Below, one piece after another: positions 27,587 through 41,941 of a stretch of 62,000 nucleotides of DNA. Position 1 is the stretch's first letter; each line of letters starts with the position of its first letter. The notes beneath the pieces were generated by a model. That model had not been told where the DNA came from. It saw only the letters and a program-made list of their open reading frames with translations, and did not search any database. Origin of the DNA: Vicugna vicugna (Eukaryota); assembly GCA_013265495.1 (NCBI GenBank), contig MU058037.1:62001-124000 (forward strand). The letters run 5' to 3'. The position numbers and the translations under genes were made by a program.

Positions 27587-28024
27587 CATTATTTCTCCAT
27601 GTTGTGTTCTTTGTGACTCAGTCGATCTATAAATATCTGAAAATCTTATATAGGTCCGCCATTCAGTCTCCCCCGGAAACGGTGATGTCCAAAGTGAACT
27701 ACGATGCAATTCCAAGTGCAGAGGTCCTCTGCAGGCCCATCCCTGGCTGCAGATTTTTAGGGCAGAGAAGTGATTTCTCCATTCAGTTCAGTCACTCTGT
27801 GACATAGAAGACAAGGGGTTGACTTTGAGGGCCCCCGACTTCTCTCGATTTCCTCCTTTGCTTCTCTGGGAAGGGAGCTGTAACTTCAGGGGCTTGGCTG
27901 AGATACAGGGGAATCACACTCAAGGAGCCCAGTAGGATTTACTCTGTACACCTTGCCCTGAATCAGATTTGCCATGCCTAGTTCTGAGTGCCTGTGATTC
28001 AAGCGCACAGGGGAACACAGATAC

Positions 28025-28260
28025 CCATTTAATAGCCCCTACTATATGCCAGGCACAGTTAGGCCCTTTATACATATGAATTCATTTAATCCTTGCAAGA
28101 AATTCTGAAGAAGGTACAAGCACTAGCTTCATTTAACAGACAAGGAAACTGAGACAGAGAAGCCAAGTCACTTGTCCAAGATCACGCATATAGTAAGAGA
28201 GAGCTGGGCCATCCCAGGTGGTCTGGCTCTGGCAACTGGGCTCCTAGCTCCTCACCATAC
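28025..28260. mobile_element. MIR
   Basis: ctactatatgccaggcacagt...tcatttaatcc...acagacaaggaaactgagacagaga...cttgtccaagatcac. Confidence 0.75.
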
Positions 28261-28937
28261 ACCTGTGGGTTGGCGATGCCAGGCACTGGATGAAGGTCCT
28301 TCTTTAGTCTAGCAATCTTGAATTTATGCTTTCACTGCCCACCTGTAAAAGTTACAAGTGCTCAAGTTCAGACATGTAGGGGTATGTGTCATCTACAGTG
28401 TAAGGTGAGAAGATAAGGCCTTCTCACTGTGAAATGAGGCCAGTTTGCCAAACGATGCCAGTGGTAGACGTGGAGTTGAGTGTTAAGGAAATGAGTGCAT
28501 CTAGGACCATGCCTGGCACCAGGTGGGCTCTGCCAAGAGCGGAGCTAGCCGCTGTTACATATCTGCTGAACGGAGAAGCGCATTTCATACATAAGGGGGA
28601 TAAAAGCCTCACATCTGGAGTTGCTGTGCTGTGGCTATTCCATTATAACTCATAACCTTCTGAGCGTCTCCATGATCCTGGGAGATTTTTCTCTGAAATC
28701 TGCGGTAGATGGATTATTTGCTAAGACATTTTGCTGTGCAGGATGAGTGGGGTATTTATTAAGGTTTCTGAAAATGTCTGAGGGGCACCAGCTGTCAAAG
28801 TCCTTTAGTTTGCACAGAGCATGAATTGTTAATCCTAATTCTCAGTGCCTCTTCCCTCACATCTCTGCATGGGCACCAATGCTCATGTTCAGGAAACACT
28901 TCCTTGTATGACACCTGGCTGAAATATTTTGAGTTCT

Positions 28938-29018
28938 ACACACACACACACCCCCCACACACCCACACACACACAACACACACACACACCCATACCCACA
29001 CCCCCTACCCTCACACAC
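28938..29018. repeat. Imperfect (CA)n/C-rich tract
   Basis: Directly visible. Confidence 0.9.
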
Positions 29019-32000
29019 TCGATCTCCCAGAGATACCTAGGAGACTATTTTCACAAAGCTCTCACCATATGCTAAATTTTTGTGTTGATGCTTTGGGTTT
29101 GATGATGAGTAGAATGTCTTTAATGGCTTTAAGCTCTGAGAGTGTGTTTTCATCCATTCTTCTCTAGGCTTGGCCCAGTGAATTTTGATTAAAAGAACTC
29201 CTAAATATAAAAACATTTCCAAAATATGAAAGGTTACTTTGGAGGAGAGAAGAACCAAGAGGAATTTAAAGACAAGAGAGGGTTTTGATACGAGTTAAAA
29301 GAAAGACTTTGGGGGAAAGATCCAGAATAGGCTAGAAAAGGAGTGGTATTGAAAGCATGCATATGTGTAATATTTAGTGCATTGTTTGTTCCCATGAACA
29401 GTCTAATAAATCTCCCTTAGAGTGATTACTAAATATGTCAAGAGAAAAAGATTGCCAAATAAGATGGTGTTAAGCCACAGGGCTGAACCCAATTATAGCA
29501 AGGGGATATTTTCCATCCATTCTCTAAGGCAACCGTGCTGTGCTGGGTGGGGAGTTGTAAACTATTTAGTGATCTGCCAACTCTGCAGATCTACTGCTGT
29601 GACCCCTGGGACCACAGACCAAAGAAAGCAGACACTGTGTTAACCTCTGGGCCACAAGATCATAGGAGGGAGACTTGGAAAATGAGAACCTTACTGAAAT
29701 TTGGGAGGGAAGGTTTCTTAACTCTCAGGACCAGAGCTGCTGGGAGATTAATCTGCTTTGAATTTCCGAAGGAAAGGTGGGTAGAACGTGTGTCAGTCTT
29801 GCTTCTGAATGGCAGGGAGATGCTGAGTGACAAAGCAGCCAGAGAGGGGGTGTGTTGGCTGAGGCCACCCACCTGGCAGGGGGAACCTGTGGGATTCTAC
29901 TGTGGGATAAGAGGGGAGAGGATAATAAGAGGCATGGGAATGGAGAATTGAGAGTCCCTTCTGTGACGTCTGGAACTGCTCTGTTCTGACTTTTGGGTCT
30001 TACACCTACACATCACACACACATACAGTCTACCCTTGGCTGTCCACGGAGCCACGGGCAGACACACTGTACCTGCTACTTGGACATCTACCTGTATAAA
30101 GTTTTAGAATGCCTTGACTTACATCCCGAAAGGAGCCCGCTTTGGACAGCAGAGACACTAGTAGGTGTTCTTAGATTGTATTCACAGAGGGAAACAGAAG
30201 CCAGAGATCCAAGCTATGCTTTTTTTTATTTGCTTTATACTTATTTTTAATTTTAATTTCTGCACTAAAAAAGAAAAGGAAGGTAAAAATGACGACAAGT
30301 TAGTTTACAGTGACTTCATCTTTGCTTGTACATTAATCTTTGCTCTTGAGGGCAGAAGGGGAAAAGAAAGACAGGAAAACATCAAAGCATGATAGTTAAA
30401 TGGTGACCGAGACACCTCAGTCCACAGAATGGACAATCTCAATTCACATAAGCTTATTATTAGTCAGAGACCCTCAGAAAAGAAAAGGAGGGTAACAGGA
30501 CACAAAGTAATAGTCCTGACCCTTCATATAGTCTGAATCTGTCATGGGAATCAACATAGCATCCATGTTTCTATGCCTATGTATAGAGTTTGGATTACTC
30601 ACTCAACATACATTCAATAAGTACTCACCAAATCTACTGCATTGTCAATAATAGGGTAATTTCCCTGAATTTAGGGTACTCACACTTACACATGGAAAAT
30701 CACAAAGGAGATACAACACCCAAACAAAGGGAAGAACCTAACAATACACAACACCGAGCGCTCTGTCATAATCAAGCCTAATTTGGTGTCAGTCTCGATC
30801 ACAGTATGTTTATTGTTACTGTATTTGCTGTCAAAGAGGCCAGACTGAATGTTGAGATTGAGATTCATTCTAAGGCTCTGAACATACTGTTTAAATTGTT
30901 AGACTCTTTTCTTTCATCACCCCTCAGGTTAAGAATGATGATAGTAATAGTAACTAGTCTGCTAAGTACTTTCTATACAGTTTAAAAAATTTATTCAGTA
31001 CAAGTTTCTATGGAAATGGTTAAATCAGTATTCCCACTTTATAGCTGAAGCAAAAGACCAGGACGACTTCAGAACTGTAGTGAGGATGAAGAGGAAGTGG
31101 GAAAGGAGGAAGAATTGTCAGGCCACCTGGTTCAAATGACCAGCCTTGGTGTGACTGGCCTCTGCTGCTTAGGTAGGAGTGTCAGAGACCCTGGGAATGT
31201 CAACTCTGCTTCTTAAGGGCTCAGGTTTTTCAGTAAAAAAGGAGGTTGGTCTAGCTAATCTTTACAGACAGACCATTTGGTTCTAACATGACATAATTCT
31301 AAGATGAGTGACAGCCACAAAGTATACAATCAGATCCTGTGTGAGAGAAAGTTAACTTCATAAATATCAATTTGAGATTTATTACAGCGGCTTGAAGTAC
31401 GCTTTTCCAACACATTGAAGTTCTTTTTAGGTCAGTGACAGATCCGATAGTAGATGAAACCCAGAAAGAAAACCACAGGGTAGAGAAAGTAGGTTTACCG
31501 GGGAAAAAAAAAAGATTTCCTTCTCTGAGTGATTTCCCGTTCTGGGGAGGCACTGGCTCTTCTAATCCCCTTCTGCCGGAGCCTGGGACAAAGCCAGTGT
31601 GGGCTGCTGGTCACGACGGGCCAGAGTCTAATTTCCTCTCTGCCTCTCCTTGGCACACTCAGATCTTCCTCAGAAGACAGCAGGGGCACCTTGTAGAGGA
31701 GAGTACAGAAGGGATCTGGGAGGAAGGAAGTGTCTGCTCCGGCGTGGTAATTAACATAGGAAAAATACCTGTGGGTTCAGAAGGTCTTTTACAGTCCCTT
31801 CCAGCTCTTTTTGTATTTGTTCCTTTTTGCAAACGGGGAGAGAGAAGGCAGGAAGACCACTCTTGACTGGCAGGGCAATTAACACCTCCAGCTGTCCCCC
31901 AGCAGCCTCAGCTGCCACGGGAGACTCAGAGGAGGTGGAGGTTCCCCGTTCCCAGGGGGAATCAGCCGGATGACACCACCGTTATCGGCTGCCTTCCTTT

Positions 32001-33499
32001 CCTTGTCTCACCTTCCCACTCCTTCCTCTGCGTCTCCCAAATTAGCTGTGCACATTAAAACAATTTAAAAAGGGAGGTTGTTGGTTTGCCTTTCTAACCT
32101 CTATCATTTGCCCCCAAATATTACCTTCAAATGGACACTAAACCCAAATTACTTAAAAAAATGCTTTCAAGGAATATCTGGTTTTCCCTCCCAATTGAAA
32201 GGTTTTCTTCACTGAATCCCTCCGCATTCCAGGTCTTGATCAGGGTCTACATTCTGCCACTTGACTGTAAATGGGTAGAAACCAACTGGCAGGGTATCCT
32301 CACCCAGGACACAAGAAAACACCTTCAAGTGGATGGATCTGGGCTCTGCAGTTCATCAGTTACGCAGGCTCCCCCGGTGTTAGGTTCTGTCTCTGCATGA
32401 TCTCACTCTCACCCACTCTCTTTCCTCTTCTTTTAATAGAAATGCATTACATCAGAACATCAGTCGCAAGTTGGGGATTGTTACCATGATTCATTTGTAG
32501 TGCAGCCAAAAGCAAGTTAGTCATTCCTTAATAAGTGAACAGAAATATCATTCTGCCTTTGAAACATAACATGTTCGGAGGACACCAAATTTAAGCTGTG
32601 GATATAGCTAAACAAGTGACTATCTATTATCTATCCACATGCTTCGTCTGTACATGTGTGCCTAGTGTCCTGACAAACAGTTCCCTTTGTCAGTACTGTC
32701 GCACCACTGCAGGTCTGGGAAAGTGGAATGTTTCTGTTTTTCTCCTTGCTTTACCGGGGAGTAAACACTCTTATTGCGGGTGTTGACACTGAAAGCCCCA
32801 CATTTATAATTCCCCAAACAGATTGTGTGTTTTTGTAGCCTTGACTGAAAAACCATTGCAGCTTTGGATTTTAGAAGGAAAAAAATAGTAATGATGAAGG
32901 AAAAGGCAACTGCATTATCTCATTGCAGCCTTTGCCTGATTTCCATGTTGGTCTAGATGAGAAAGAATGCAGTGAACCACAGGTCCGGTACTCTCTTTTT
33001 TCCCATAGTCTGAGAGAAAGTTTTACTTGCTCTTAATTACCAAAAAGAAAAAAAATTCCTTGATTTGAAGACCCCTGGAAATCTGTAAAGTTAAACTTTC
33101 TGATTAGAGTGATTATTTTTGAATCTTGCTGTCCTCACTTGACTTTCATGGTCAAGCTTAAACTCTGCTTGAGCAAGTTTGTGGGTCATGAGTTGTGCTG
33201 GCTAACTCTACGAGAACAGGATGCTCTCAGAAATGGGAGAATGTTAAAGCTCATTGGCTAAGGCAAAGAGAAGTCCCAAGGAGCCAAATGCCTGGGGAAC
33301 TGGCAACAGCCATTTTAAGATTTGGTCAGGAGACCACAAATAACTCTGCAAGGGACAGAAAAAAAAAAGGATCCCAAGGACATCTAGGTCTGGAGAAAAA
33401 CCATGGATCTGAGTGGGAAAAGCACTGGATCACAAGTCAGAAGACTTCGAGTCCTGGTTGTGGGTCTTGCTGGCTACATGAGTCAGAGATAAATAAAAA

Positions 33500-34010
33500 A
33501 TGAACCCTTGAAAACAAATATCATGCCACTTCCCTGCTCTAAATTCCCCAGTGTTTCCCCATCGTGCTGAGAGCAAAAACCCAAGTCCTGACGGTAGCCA
33601 ACAAGATGGTACATTGCCCTTGCTGCTCTCTCCGCATCCACGTCTCACCATGCCCTCGTCACACAGTCCGGCTTTCTCTGGATTTTGCCTGGAATGTTGT
33701 CCCTTCATACATCCTCACTTCCTTCATGTCCCTGCTCAAATGGAATCATCTTCCCTGACCTCATCCCCAATTAAAAAACTAGCTCCCTTGCCATCACCAT
33801 CATCTTAACTGATTCTAAGTTTTTCATGGAGCCAATTATAATATGGCATTACATTCTATGTCTGTCTCTTTATTCTTTTGCCCCCACTAGAATCTGATGT
33901 GTTTTACTGTGCTGGAGTGCTTGTCTGTTTTGTCTGCTTCTACATCTCCATCACCCAGAACAGTTCCTAGAATTTATACTCAACAGTTACAGAGTAAACA
34001 CGTGAATAAA
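33500..34010 (+). mobile_element. L2 3' fragment
   Basis: It has atcatgccacttccctgctctaaattccccagtg...tgcctggaatgttgtccc...ccactagaat...cccagaacagttcctag, typical of the L2 3' region. Confidence 0.6.
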
Positions 34011-34317
34011 TCTCATGAGGGGATGGATTTTGGTCTGTCTCATGGGCATGATGAGGGCCAAATGAAGTGATGGATGTGTATGCATTTTGTAAACTCTAGA
34101 GGGCGACACGAAAGCAGTTATTGTACAGCAGGGAAGCATGGAGTGGTACCTTCTTTGGTTAGTGACTTACAGCTGTCCAGATGTCACCCTAGAACTGAGT
34201 CCCAATTCTCCTGGAACCCCTGATCTTTTCCAGGATTTGACAGCATCTTTAGTGGGAAGACATGGGTTGTGAGGTCAAAATGCTACCAGTTCAAACCCTG
34301 CCTCTGTGAGTTCTAGC

Positions 34318-34723
34318 TGTGGGACTGGAGCAGGCACAGTGGGGCGCTACCCCTGTCTCCTCACCACTTCGGTGCACACCAGCCCTCTTTCCAGCCTGAT
34401 GTGGAATTACTGAGGCATTAACATACTGTCTCAATCCCAAGCGGCCTGGACTGATGACTGAAAACAGTTTGTGTAGAAATTGCCCAGCTCCCTTGTCCCC
34501 ATAGTGAGAGGACTCTGCAGCATGCATGAGTTCCCCAGTGGGATTAGGCTCCAGCTGCCCACAGAGTAACTGGCTGGACAATGTCCCCATAACTTACTTC
34601 TTCCCGTCCCTGCCTCATGTTGCCATTTTCTTACCTGTGCTTCCTGGAGTCGTCTTCCAAATATACTACTCACATCAGTTCCTTGACTCTGAATCAACTT
34701 TGGGGGGAACCAAAACTAAGACA
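34318..34723 (+). mobile_element. Solo LTR, LTR16 family, inserted into a MIR (MIR halves ~34260-34320 and ~34724-34820)
   Basis: gagttccccagtgggattaggctccagctgcccacag...ggggggaaccaaaactaagaca. Confidence 0.75.
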
Positions 34724-34827
34724 GTTCCTTTAGGCTGTTTGTAACATGGGGATAAACCTGACCTTTAGGGTCATTATGAAGATCAAGTGTGATAACATAT
34801 AAAAAGTGTCTTGTCTGGCATTTAATA

Positions 34828-34907
34828 TTGGGTTAAAATATATGAAATTGTCATTCCTATAGGTTAAAAAGTGGTTCAGCATAGGCAAGTTTACGTGATT
34901 CACCTAA
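34828..34907. mobile_element. MADE2-like mariner MITE (~80 bp)
   Basis: ttgggttaaaatatatgaaattg ... caagtttacgtgattcacctaa has imperfect inverted ends. Confidence 0.5.
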
Positions 34908-35769
34908 CTGACCTTCAGTGAGGGTCGGTTCTTTCCCCCTCTTAGTTCTCCTCCTTCCCAAGAGTCCTGTCAGAACCAGAGCTCCCCTAGGGGTGCGGGG
35001 TGTCAGACAGTTTTATTTGGTTTCCAAAGGACAGTTTGGTGGTACCAGAATAGGGTTTTAGGAAAAGAGATAATAGTATCAGACTAGGAAATATCCCACA
35101 AATCCACTCATTCCCTTTTCCACAAGCAGAAATAAGACTGCAGATACTGTGGACATGAGTCCTTGCATGCAAATGAAATTCACACTTTAAACAGTTTCAG
35201 CTTAAGGGAAAAAATGCTGTATAACCCACATCCCTGAAATATTTGAAACAGCAAATAATTAATGACAATATGAAACGTACCAAATTATGAACAACTGTCT
35301 CCACCAGATGAAATCTTTGGCATTTTTTTTCCTCCAAAGGATTTACTAAATTTCTAATGGGCACTGAGCAAGAAAAAAAGTTCCACTTAATGACATAGTG
35401 ATGGCGCTCCTGAATGATGGACCATGAGCTTTACAAGGACGACTGCTTGATATAATTCATAACAGCATGTGTTACCTGATAGTGCACTTTTTCCCCCCAG
35501 AAATATATATATATATTTTCTGTTCACCAAACTACTGACCTTACAAAGCTTGAAACCTTAAAAATCACAGGAGGGTCTCAGCTGCTGCCCTCTTTTTCCA
35601 AATCTGAAAAGAGGTCTTCTAGAGCAAATGGTCAAGGCTGTGATCATTTCTGTAATTCGGCTTGCTAGGGCCATGACCCTTCTGGGAGGTGCTAATGTTG
35701 GTGGCATAGTGTGGGGTAAAGGAAACAGACTGCCTGGACTCACTAGCCAGCTGTGGCTCTTAGGAGATG

Positions 35770-35952
35770 CCTGATCCTGAACACTGAGCTGTTACTTAAC
35801 AGTTGCTTCTGTATGTCAGCTTCCTCATCAGTAAAATGGGGTCAATAATAGTACCTATCTCATTAGGATTGTTGGAGGCGAAATGAGAAATTGAATGTAA
35901 ACTGCTCAATTTAGTCTCTGTCATGCTAGTGGTACCCAGTAAATGTTGTTAG
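35770..35952. mobile_element. MIR
   Basis: tcagcttcctcatcagtaaaatggggtcaataatagtacctatctcattaggattgttg. Confidence 0.75.
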
Positions 35953-36369
35953 CAAAACCGAAATGAACAAAAAACCTCCATTTCTATCCTGTTTTGCCTT
36001 GTCCTCCTTAATTTTTTTCTTTAACCCATAGAACTTCCTCAGTTGTTCTTGAAAAATGTATTCTGTGACAGGTAAAGGTGACTGTTGCTCACATCTTTAC
36101 TGAGAATCTAAAGAGTAAACAGGGTTAATCACATGCATCAATACAAATATTTAAAGAGAATAGCTGTATGGTATGTGTTTACAAGTTGGCACTCCCTAAT
36201 TCTAGGATAAGCTCCCAGGCTGAAATCATCCCACCCTTTCCAGGTTAGCTGCCCAGTTAGATTACCGCGCACATCCAACTAGGCGGGGAACTAGGATGGG
36301 GATGAAAGAAGGAAACTAAAAGGTGTTAATTGCCTACAGAGTGTTGGGTTCTGGTGCAAAGAATTCTGC

Positions 36370-36520
36370 ATCTATCATCTCATTCAATCCCCACAGCAGT
36401 TCAGGGAGATAGATGTTATATTTGCATTTACAGATGGGGAAACTGAGCCTCAAGGAACTTAAATAATTTGCCATGGTCACAAACTTATTAAGTGGATCAG
36501 CCCAGATTTAAATCCCAGGT
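36370..36520. mobile_element. MIR
   Basis: atctcattcaatcc...catttacagatggggaaactgagcctc...tgccatggtcaca. Confidence 0.75.
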
Positions 36521-37644
36521 TCATAAGATTGTCCCCTAATGGGAGTTCCTTTGGCAAAGTGAAGACTGTACACCCTAATCTCTCTGCTTTGGCCTTTTGG
36601 ATATTGAAGACCTTGTTTTGGGGTACTAGGCTTAAGCACAGTCAAGCCACAGAACGACGTGGCTAGCAGCAGTTCTGAATTAACATTGGTGATGACATAG
36701 CAAAATCAAGGGGTCACACATAACAAAACAGCCTAGGAGAAGCACAAGACTGACTTGTACTGAACAGCTAGGCCCAGCAAATGCCAGATATCTATGACAG
36801 AGACCCCAGAGAGAAGCCACAACCCTGTTACCAATGACAAACGTGCTGGAGACGAGGAAAACAGATATGTGAAGAGATGACTTTATCAGTCCAGATAGCA
36901 TCCTTTCTATATCGTATATTTTCTATATGACTCTCCTCCCACCCCGCATATACACACAGAGAAGGAAAAAAAATACTTTCTAGAACATATTACTGGAAAG
37001 CGCCGGCAATTTGGGGATTTCTTGCAAAACATCAGATTGAAGTTGGGGTGCTAAAGGATTTGAGTATCACTCCTCCCCAAGGGCAGTTTAACATTAGAAT
37101 ATATATGCTCTATGAGGGCAGGGACTCTGTTTCACTCCATGCTGTGTCCTGGCACATAGAGGAAGCCCAGCAAAGCTGTACTGACTGAACCTTCAGTGTT
37201 TGTTCCTTCTTACTGATTTATATTTTCTCTGGTGACATTGAATGATACTTCATTTGTACCCAAAGGCTACTGTGCTACATGCATATCATTTCCATCTTAA
37301 ATAAACAGATGACATTGAATTTAGTCCTGTCACTTACACACTGCAGACAAATGGCTGACCTCATTAGACAAATGGATATGGTTAGAATATAATCTTAAAA
37401 ATATAAGAGCAGAGAAACAATTTAGGTAGGAGATTGGGTACTGAAATAATTATGTGTTATGCTTAATTATAGAGTAGTTTGAATTTTTCTAGTGTATTTG
37501 TTTGTTGGGTTTCTTTTTTTGGAGGGGAAAAGTTTTTTAAAAATACAGAAAAGTTGAGAGACTAATACAAAAACTCCCATGTACCAACATCCAATGTCAT
37601 GTCTATTTGAAGATTCTGTCCCTGCTGTTAATGCTGTCCATGTG

Positions 37645-37762
37645 TAGGGTGACCATAAAGTTTATCATCCAAACTGGAACACTTTTGAGAATGCAAGAGG
37701 GCACTAGTAATTTCACAGGAACATAGGCAGAAAGTGGGACCATCGCAAGCAAAGCAGGATGT
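37645..37762. mobile_element. hAT-Blackjack MITE (MER81/MER94-like)
   Basis: tagggtgaccataaagtttatcatccaaactggaacacttttgaga. Confidence 0.7.
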
Positions 37763-38429
37763 TCTCCTTATCTGTTGGTGTCTCAGAGTAGGTGAGAACC
37801 GATGTGACTTCATCAGTTTATGCCTCACAATGGGCATGAGATGGTGGTCCTTTGGTTTGCAGACCCATCACCACTGACAGAACCTAGACTGTTGCAGGTG
37901 ATGCTATCCTGTCATCAGACGGGCGTCTGGGAAAGGAATCTGGAGAAATTCTTGCCGTCTCTAACTACTTCCAACCCCACTCACGTTCCCACCATTGCAA
38001 CCTCCATCCATGTCAAGGCTCTGATGTTTTGCAGGATTCAGCTCTCAGGTAGCTCAGTTCTGCTCACTGCAGTAGAGGCAAAATGCATCTGCAGCACACT
38101 TACAACATTGCGTCTACCTACTCTGAGCACATTGGCCTTGCTGGAATAGCCAGATAGCTTCCACTTGGTTTTCTTACTGAAATGTGGCTTCGTCCAGCCA
38201 AGAGCAAAGATTGCTTGCATGTCCAAAGACGTCACTCTGGGTGTTTCTGTCTTACTTTAATGATGACAGTGGCTCACAGACTTGGCTGATGAAATTTTTC
38301 AAGGCTCGCAGATGTGAAGTCTGTGATGGGTCTCAGACAGGTGGTAGGTGGGAGACCAGAGCATGTTTGCTTTGTTGAGAGTTAGATGTCATATAGAGAA
38401 AGTCTGCATTTCATCATCAATTATAGCAA

Positions 38430-39445
38430 TGAACCATTTACTCAGTATATACTAAGTGTCTATGCTATGTTGGACATTAATATAAGCCCTGGGAAGATAA
38501 AGAACATTATGACATAGTTTTACTCTCAAGAAACTTAGAGTCCAGTGGAGGGACTTAGGCAGATTCTCAGAATTGGTTAGCACAGGTGAACCACAAAGTG
38601 AAGTAAAGTGTTACAGTTCTATGATAGGAGTAGCTAAAGGATGTAGTGGGGATACACGGAATCTAGTATGTTGGGGTGTGTGTGTGTGTACGTGTGTGTA
38701 GCAGTGGGGGGAGCAATGAAATACAAAGTTGGAGAGGAGAGAGGGGCCAGATAAAGGAGGAGCTTCACATTCACCCATTATTTAGTAGTAACTACTAGTA
38801 AATTTTAGGTCAAGCCATGTGAAAAAGATAGATATGGCTCTCCCCTCCCAGAGCATTCAAACTGTGGGAGATACAGACAAGCAACAAGGCAATTACAAAA
38901 TCTGCATGGAGTTCTAAGATGGGAGAGGTACTGGATATTAAGGGACGGGCACCTACACCAACCTTGCTGGCACCAGGGAAGACTTCTTGGAGGAAGTGAC
39001 TTCTTAATTAGCATCTGAAGAATGAGAAAAAATTAACCCCAGGCAGAGGCTTGGCATAGGGGTATGGAACTGTTCGAGAGGGTGTATCAGGTGGAGGCTA
39101 CAGCATGGGCAAAGTCTCAGAGGCACGAAACAGCTGTTGGGGGAAAGAAAGTGATTCAGGCTGGTCGGGGAACTGAGAGAAAAGCTAAAGAGTCAAGCAA
39201 GGTCCAAATCACACAAGGCCTTGTCTTCTGAACTTGGAAGACAGACTTTGTTCTATGGGCACCTGAGAGCCAATGAGGGGTTTCAGACAGAAGATGAGAT
39301 GATCAGAACTGTGTCTTGGGAAGATCTCTCTGTCTGCAGGTGGTAGCTGGAATGGGAAGGCTGGAGATTGTAGGTGGGGAAATGGAGTAAAACATTAATA
39401 CAGTAACTAGTTATTGGTGAAGTGAAGATCTGAACCAAGGTGGCT
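38430..39445 (-). mobile_element. L2 fragments (at least two)
   Basis: It contains ccatttactcagtatatactaagtgtc, cagggaagacttcttggaggaagtgac and ggagccaatgaggggtttcagacagaagatgagatgatcaga. Confidence 0.6.
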
Positions 39446-39481
39446 GGTCATACTGACTTGAAGGAGCCAGAAGGCTGATGC

Positions 39482-39572
39482 TTTTTTTTTTTTAATGGAG
39501 GTACTGAGGATTGAACCCAGGAGCTCGTGCATGCTAAGCATGCACTCTTCCACTGAGCTATACCCTGTTCCC
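39482..39572 (-). mobile_element. Camelid-type tRNA-Ala-derived SINE (vic-1-like), short form with poly(A)
   Basis: The minus strand reads gggaacagggtaTAGCTCAGTGGaagagtgcatgcttagcatgcacgagctcctGGGTTCAATCCtcagtacctccattaaaaaaaaaaaa, with Pol III A and B boxes plus an A-tail. Confidence 0.88.
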
Positions 39573-39783
39573 TTGATGACAACTTTTAAATCTGCAGTAC
39601 TGATTAAACATTTGAGCTCCATTTTCAGGTTTGGGTCTTAATGTGTCATCTATGAATTGCAGATTCGTTGATGTGCAGATCTAGCCAATGTGTGGCCTTT
39701 CACTTTTCTGTATGTATGATTCCAAAGTGCAGTCATAGACCATACAAGTACAGACATTCTTGGCCAGTTGCTTCAAGTTCGTC

Positions 39784-40240
39784 TGTGGCAGATGTGGTTG
39801 GCACCTTGGTTGTATCCTCCATCCCTTACCTCTTGAGAACATGCCTGCCTCACTTCGAATGCAAGCACCCACCCCTCTTTGTCAGAGAGCCCACTTTGCC
39901 ATCTGCTTGGCAGGCCAAAAGTTCTGGGGAATTAACATCCTCTGAGAGCAGACCTCAACCAATGACAGATGGGAGTTGGCACAGAAATACCCAGCTCCCT
40001 CCCCATGGGTGGGATTACCCACGGCTGAGTGTGCTTCAAACTGGTTCTTAGAGCTTCCCCAATGGGTCCTGTCCTGGTTGCCCACAGCCGTGGCCTACTC
40101 AATCACATACCCTTTGAGGCTCCTTCTCCTGTGTCTCACTGCCCTGCTTCCCCTTCAGTTGCCTTTCACCTCACGAATAAACTACCTTTATTTGCTTTCT
40201 TGTTTTAAGGTCAGCTTCTGGGGGAACCCAAACAAAGATG
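39784..40240 (+). mobile_element. Solo LTR, LTR16 family
   Basis: tgtggcagatg start; ccaatgacagatgggagttgg; aataaactac...ggtcagcttctgggggaacccaaacaaaga. Confidence 0.8.
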
Positions 40241-41299
40241 TCTAATAATGTGCAAAGCCTCTGAAATTAGTTTCCTAGTGCCCTCAAAACCCTCAACCAT
40301 TCTAAAACCAACCCCTCAGTTTGTTGTAGACTCAAATAATGGTTATGTCGAAACTCAGCCCTTAGGGAGTAAAGTTACGATATTTTGAGCTTCTCTTCAT
40401 ATGCAATCTTTTGATGGTGGACGTTTCTTTCATGTTGCCAACTTGCATGCAGTGGGTATGCAACAAATATTTCTCAAGTGGCTCTGATATGTTCGTGAAT
40501 ATAAATGTCCAGATGCTATCAACTGCACTTCTCCCTGATTTGGGGCAGAGCCCAGTCTTTCATTAAGGTTTAAAGCTAATCACCTGCTGGGCCCAGGGTC
40601 TACTGAAGGCAAGAATGAACCGTGACTCCTCAGGAAGGGATGAGGCTTGCATCCCGCCAGAAATGGAGAATTCTGAGCTGACATGATCTCTCATCCTCCT
40701 TTTTGCTGATGGTAAAGGAAGCAGGCATTTCTTTGGCTTTTCTTTATTTGAAAAAAAAATAACACTCAGAGACACATTAGCCTTTTTGCATCCTTCTGGA
40801 ACATCTCAGCAGGTAGGGTCTCAGGCTTCAGTGTTCTCTGTTGACAGCAAGTGCTGGAATATTGCCCAAGTTGGATGAGAGTCCCTATCTTTACATTTCT
40901 GGATTTCTGCTGTTATGGTGGTAGGTGTGTGGGAGAGACAGCTGATGTGTTCACTGGATCCCTTCCCAGGCAGTGATGTGCCTGGGGAGAATGTGCTGGT
41001 GGAGGCAAATTCTTCATGCATCGGCCGTGCTGCCAGTACAGGTGTTGAAAGTCTCCATGATGGCGGTGTGTCGGATGTCAGTAAAACTGAGCTGATTTGT
41101 CTGCCAAGATTCAGACTGCTTTTCTTCTTGTCGGTACTCACCTTTGTTGGATGCTCTGCACTGCTGAGATGGTAGTCTAACTCTTCTGCCGTATTAACAG
41201 GGTCACTGAATAGAATGTAAGTGTGTGTGCACAGTGTTCATTATTGAGGTATAACATGTATACAGTGAAGTGCACAAATCTCAAGTGTACAGCTCAATG

Positions 41300-41337
<38 letters not shown>

Positions 41338-41469
41338 CCAGAAGGCCCCCTTGTGTCCCTTCCAGTCAATACCTCCAGAACCCTCAGAGGAAAATTATTC
41401 TGACTTCTATCAACATTGAGTAGCTTTGCTTGTCTTGAGTTTCCGATAAATGGAATTATGCAGTGTATA

Positions 41470-41688
41470 CAGCTGACCCTTGAACAACATGGGTTTGAAC
41501 TGCGTGGGTTCATTCATTTACATTCGGGTTTTCAGTAAGTACGTACTACAGTACTACATGATCCTCGGTTGGTTGAACTGGTGGGTATAAAACTACAGAT
41601 TTGGGGGGCAACTGTAAAGTTACATATGGATTTTCGACCACACGGAAGGTCGGTGTCCCTAACCCCCGTGTTGTTCAAAGGTCAACTG
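41470..41688. mobile_element. TcMar-Tigger MITE (MER8-like)
   Basis: The 24-bp TIRs are cagctgacccttgaacaacatggg / cccgtgttgttcaaaggtcaactg, flanked by TA on both sides. Confidence 0.88.
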
Positions 41689-41941
41689 TACTCTTTTGTG
41701 TCTGCCTTCTACTCAACCCACAGCCTGGGAGATTCAGCCATGTTGTGTTTCTCTATAGTTTGCTTTTATTTTTGTTGTGCAGCATTTCATTGCATGAAGA
41801 TACCAGAGTTTATTTTTTCATTCTCTTGCTGGTGAACCTTTTGGGTTGTCTCAGTTTGGGGTTTTTATCAATAAAACTGCAATGGGCATTCTTGTACAAA
41901 TCCTTTTGTGAACATCTGCACTTATTTCTCTCAGGAATTTA

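Noticed and set aside
39482..39572. Possible tRNA-Ala gene
   Set aside because: It has an A-tail, a broken acceptor stem and a second diverged copy with TSD at 46.4 kb, so it is a SINE rather than a functional tRNA.
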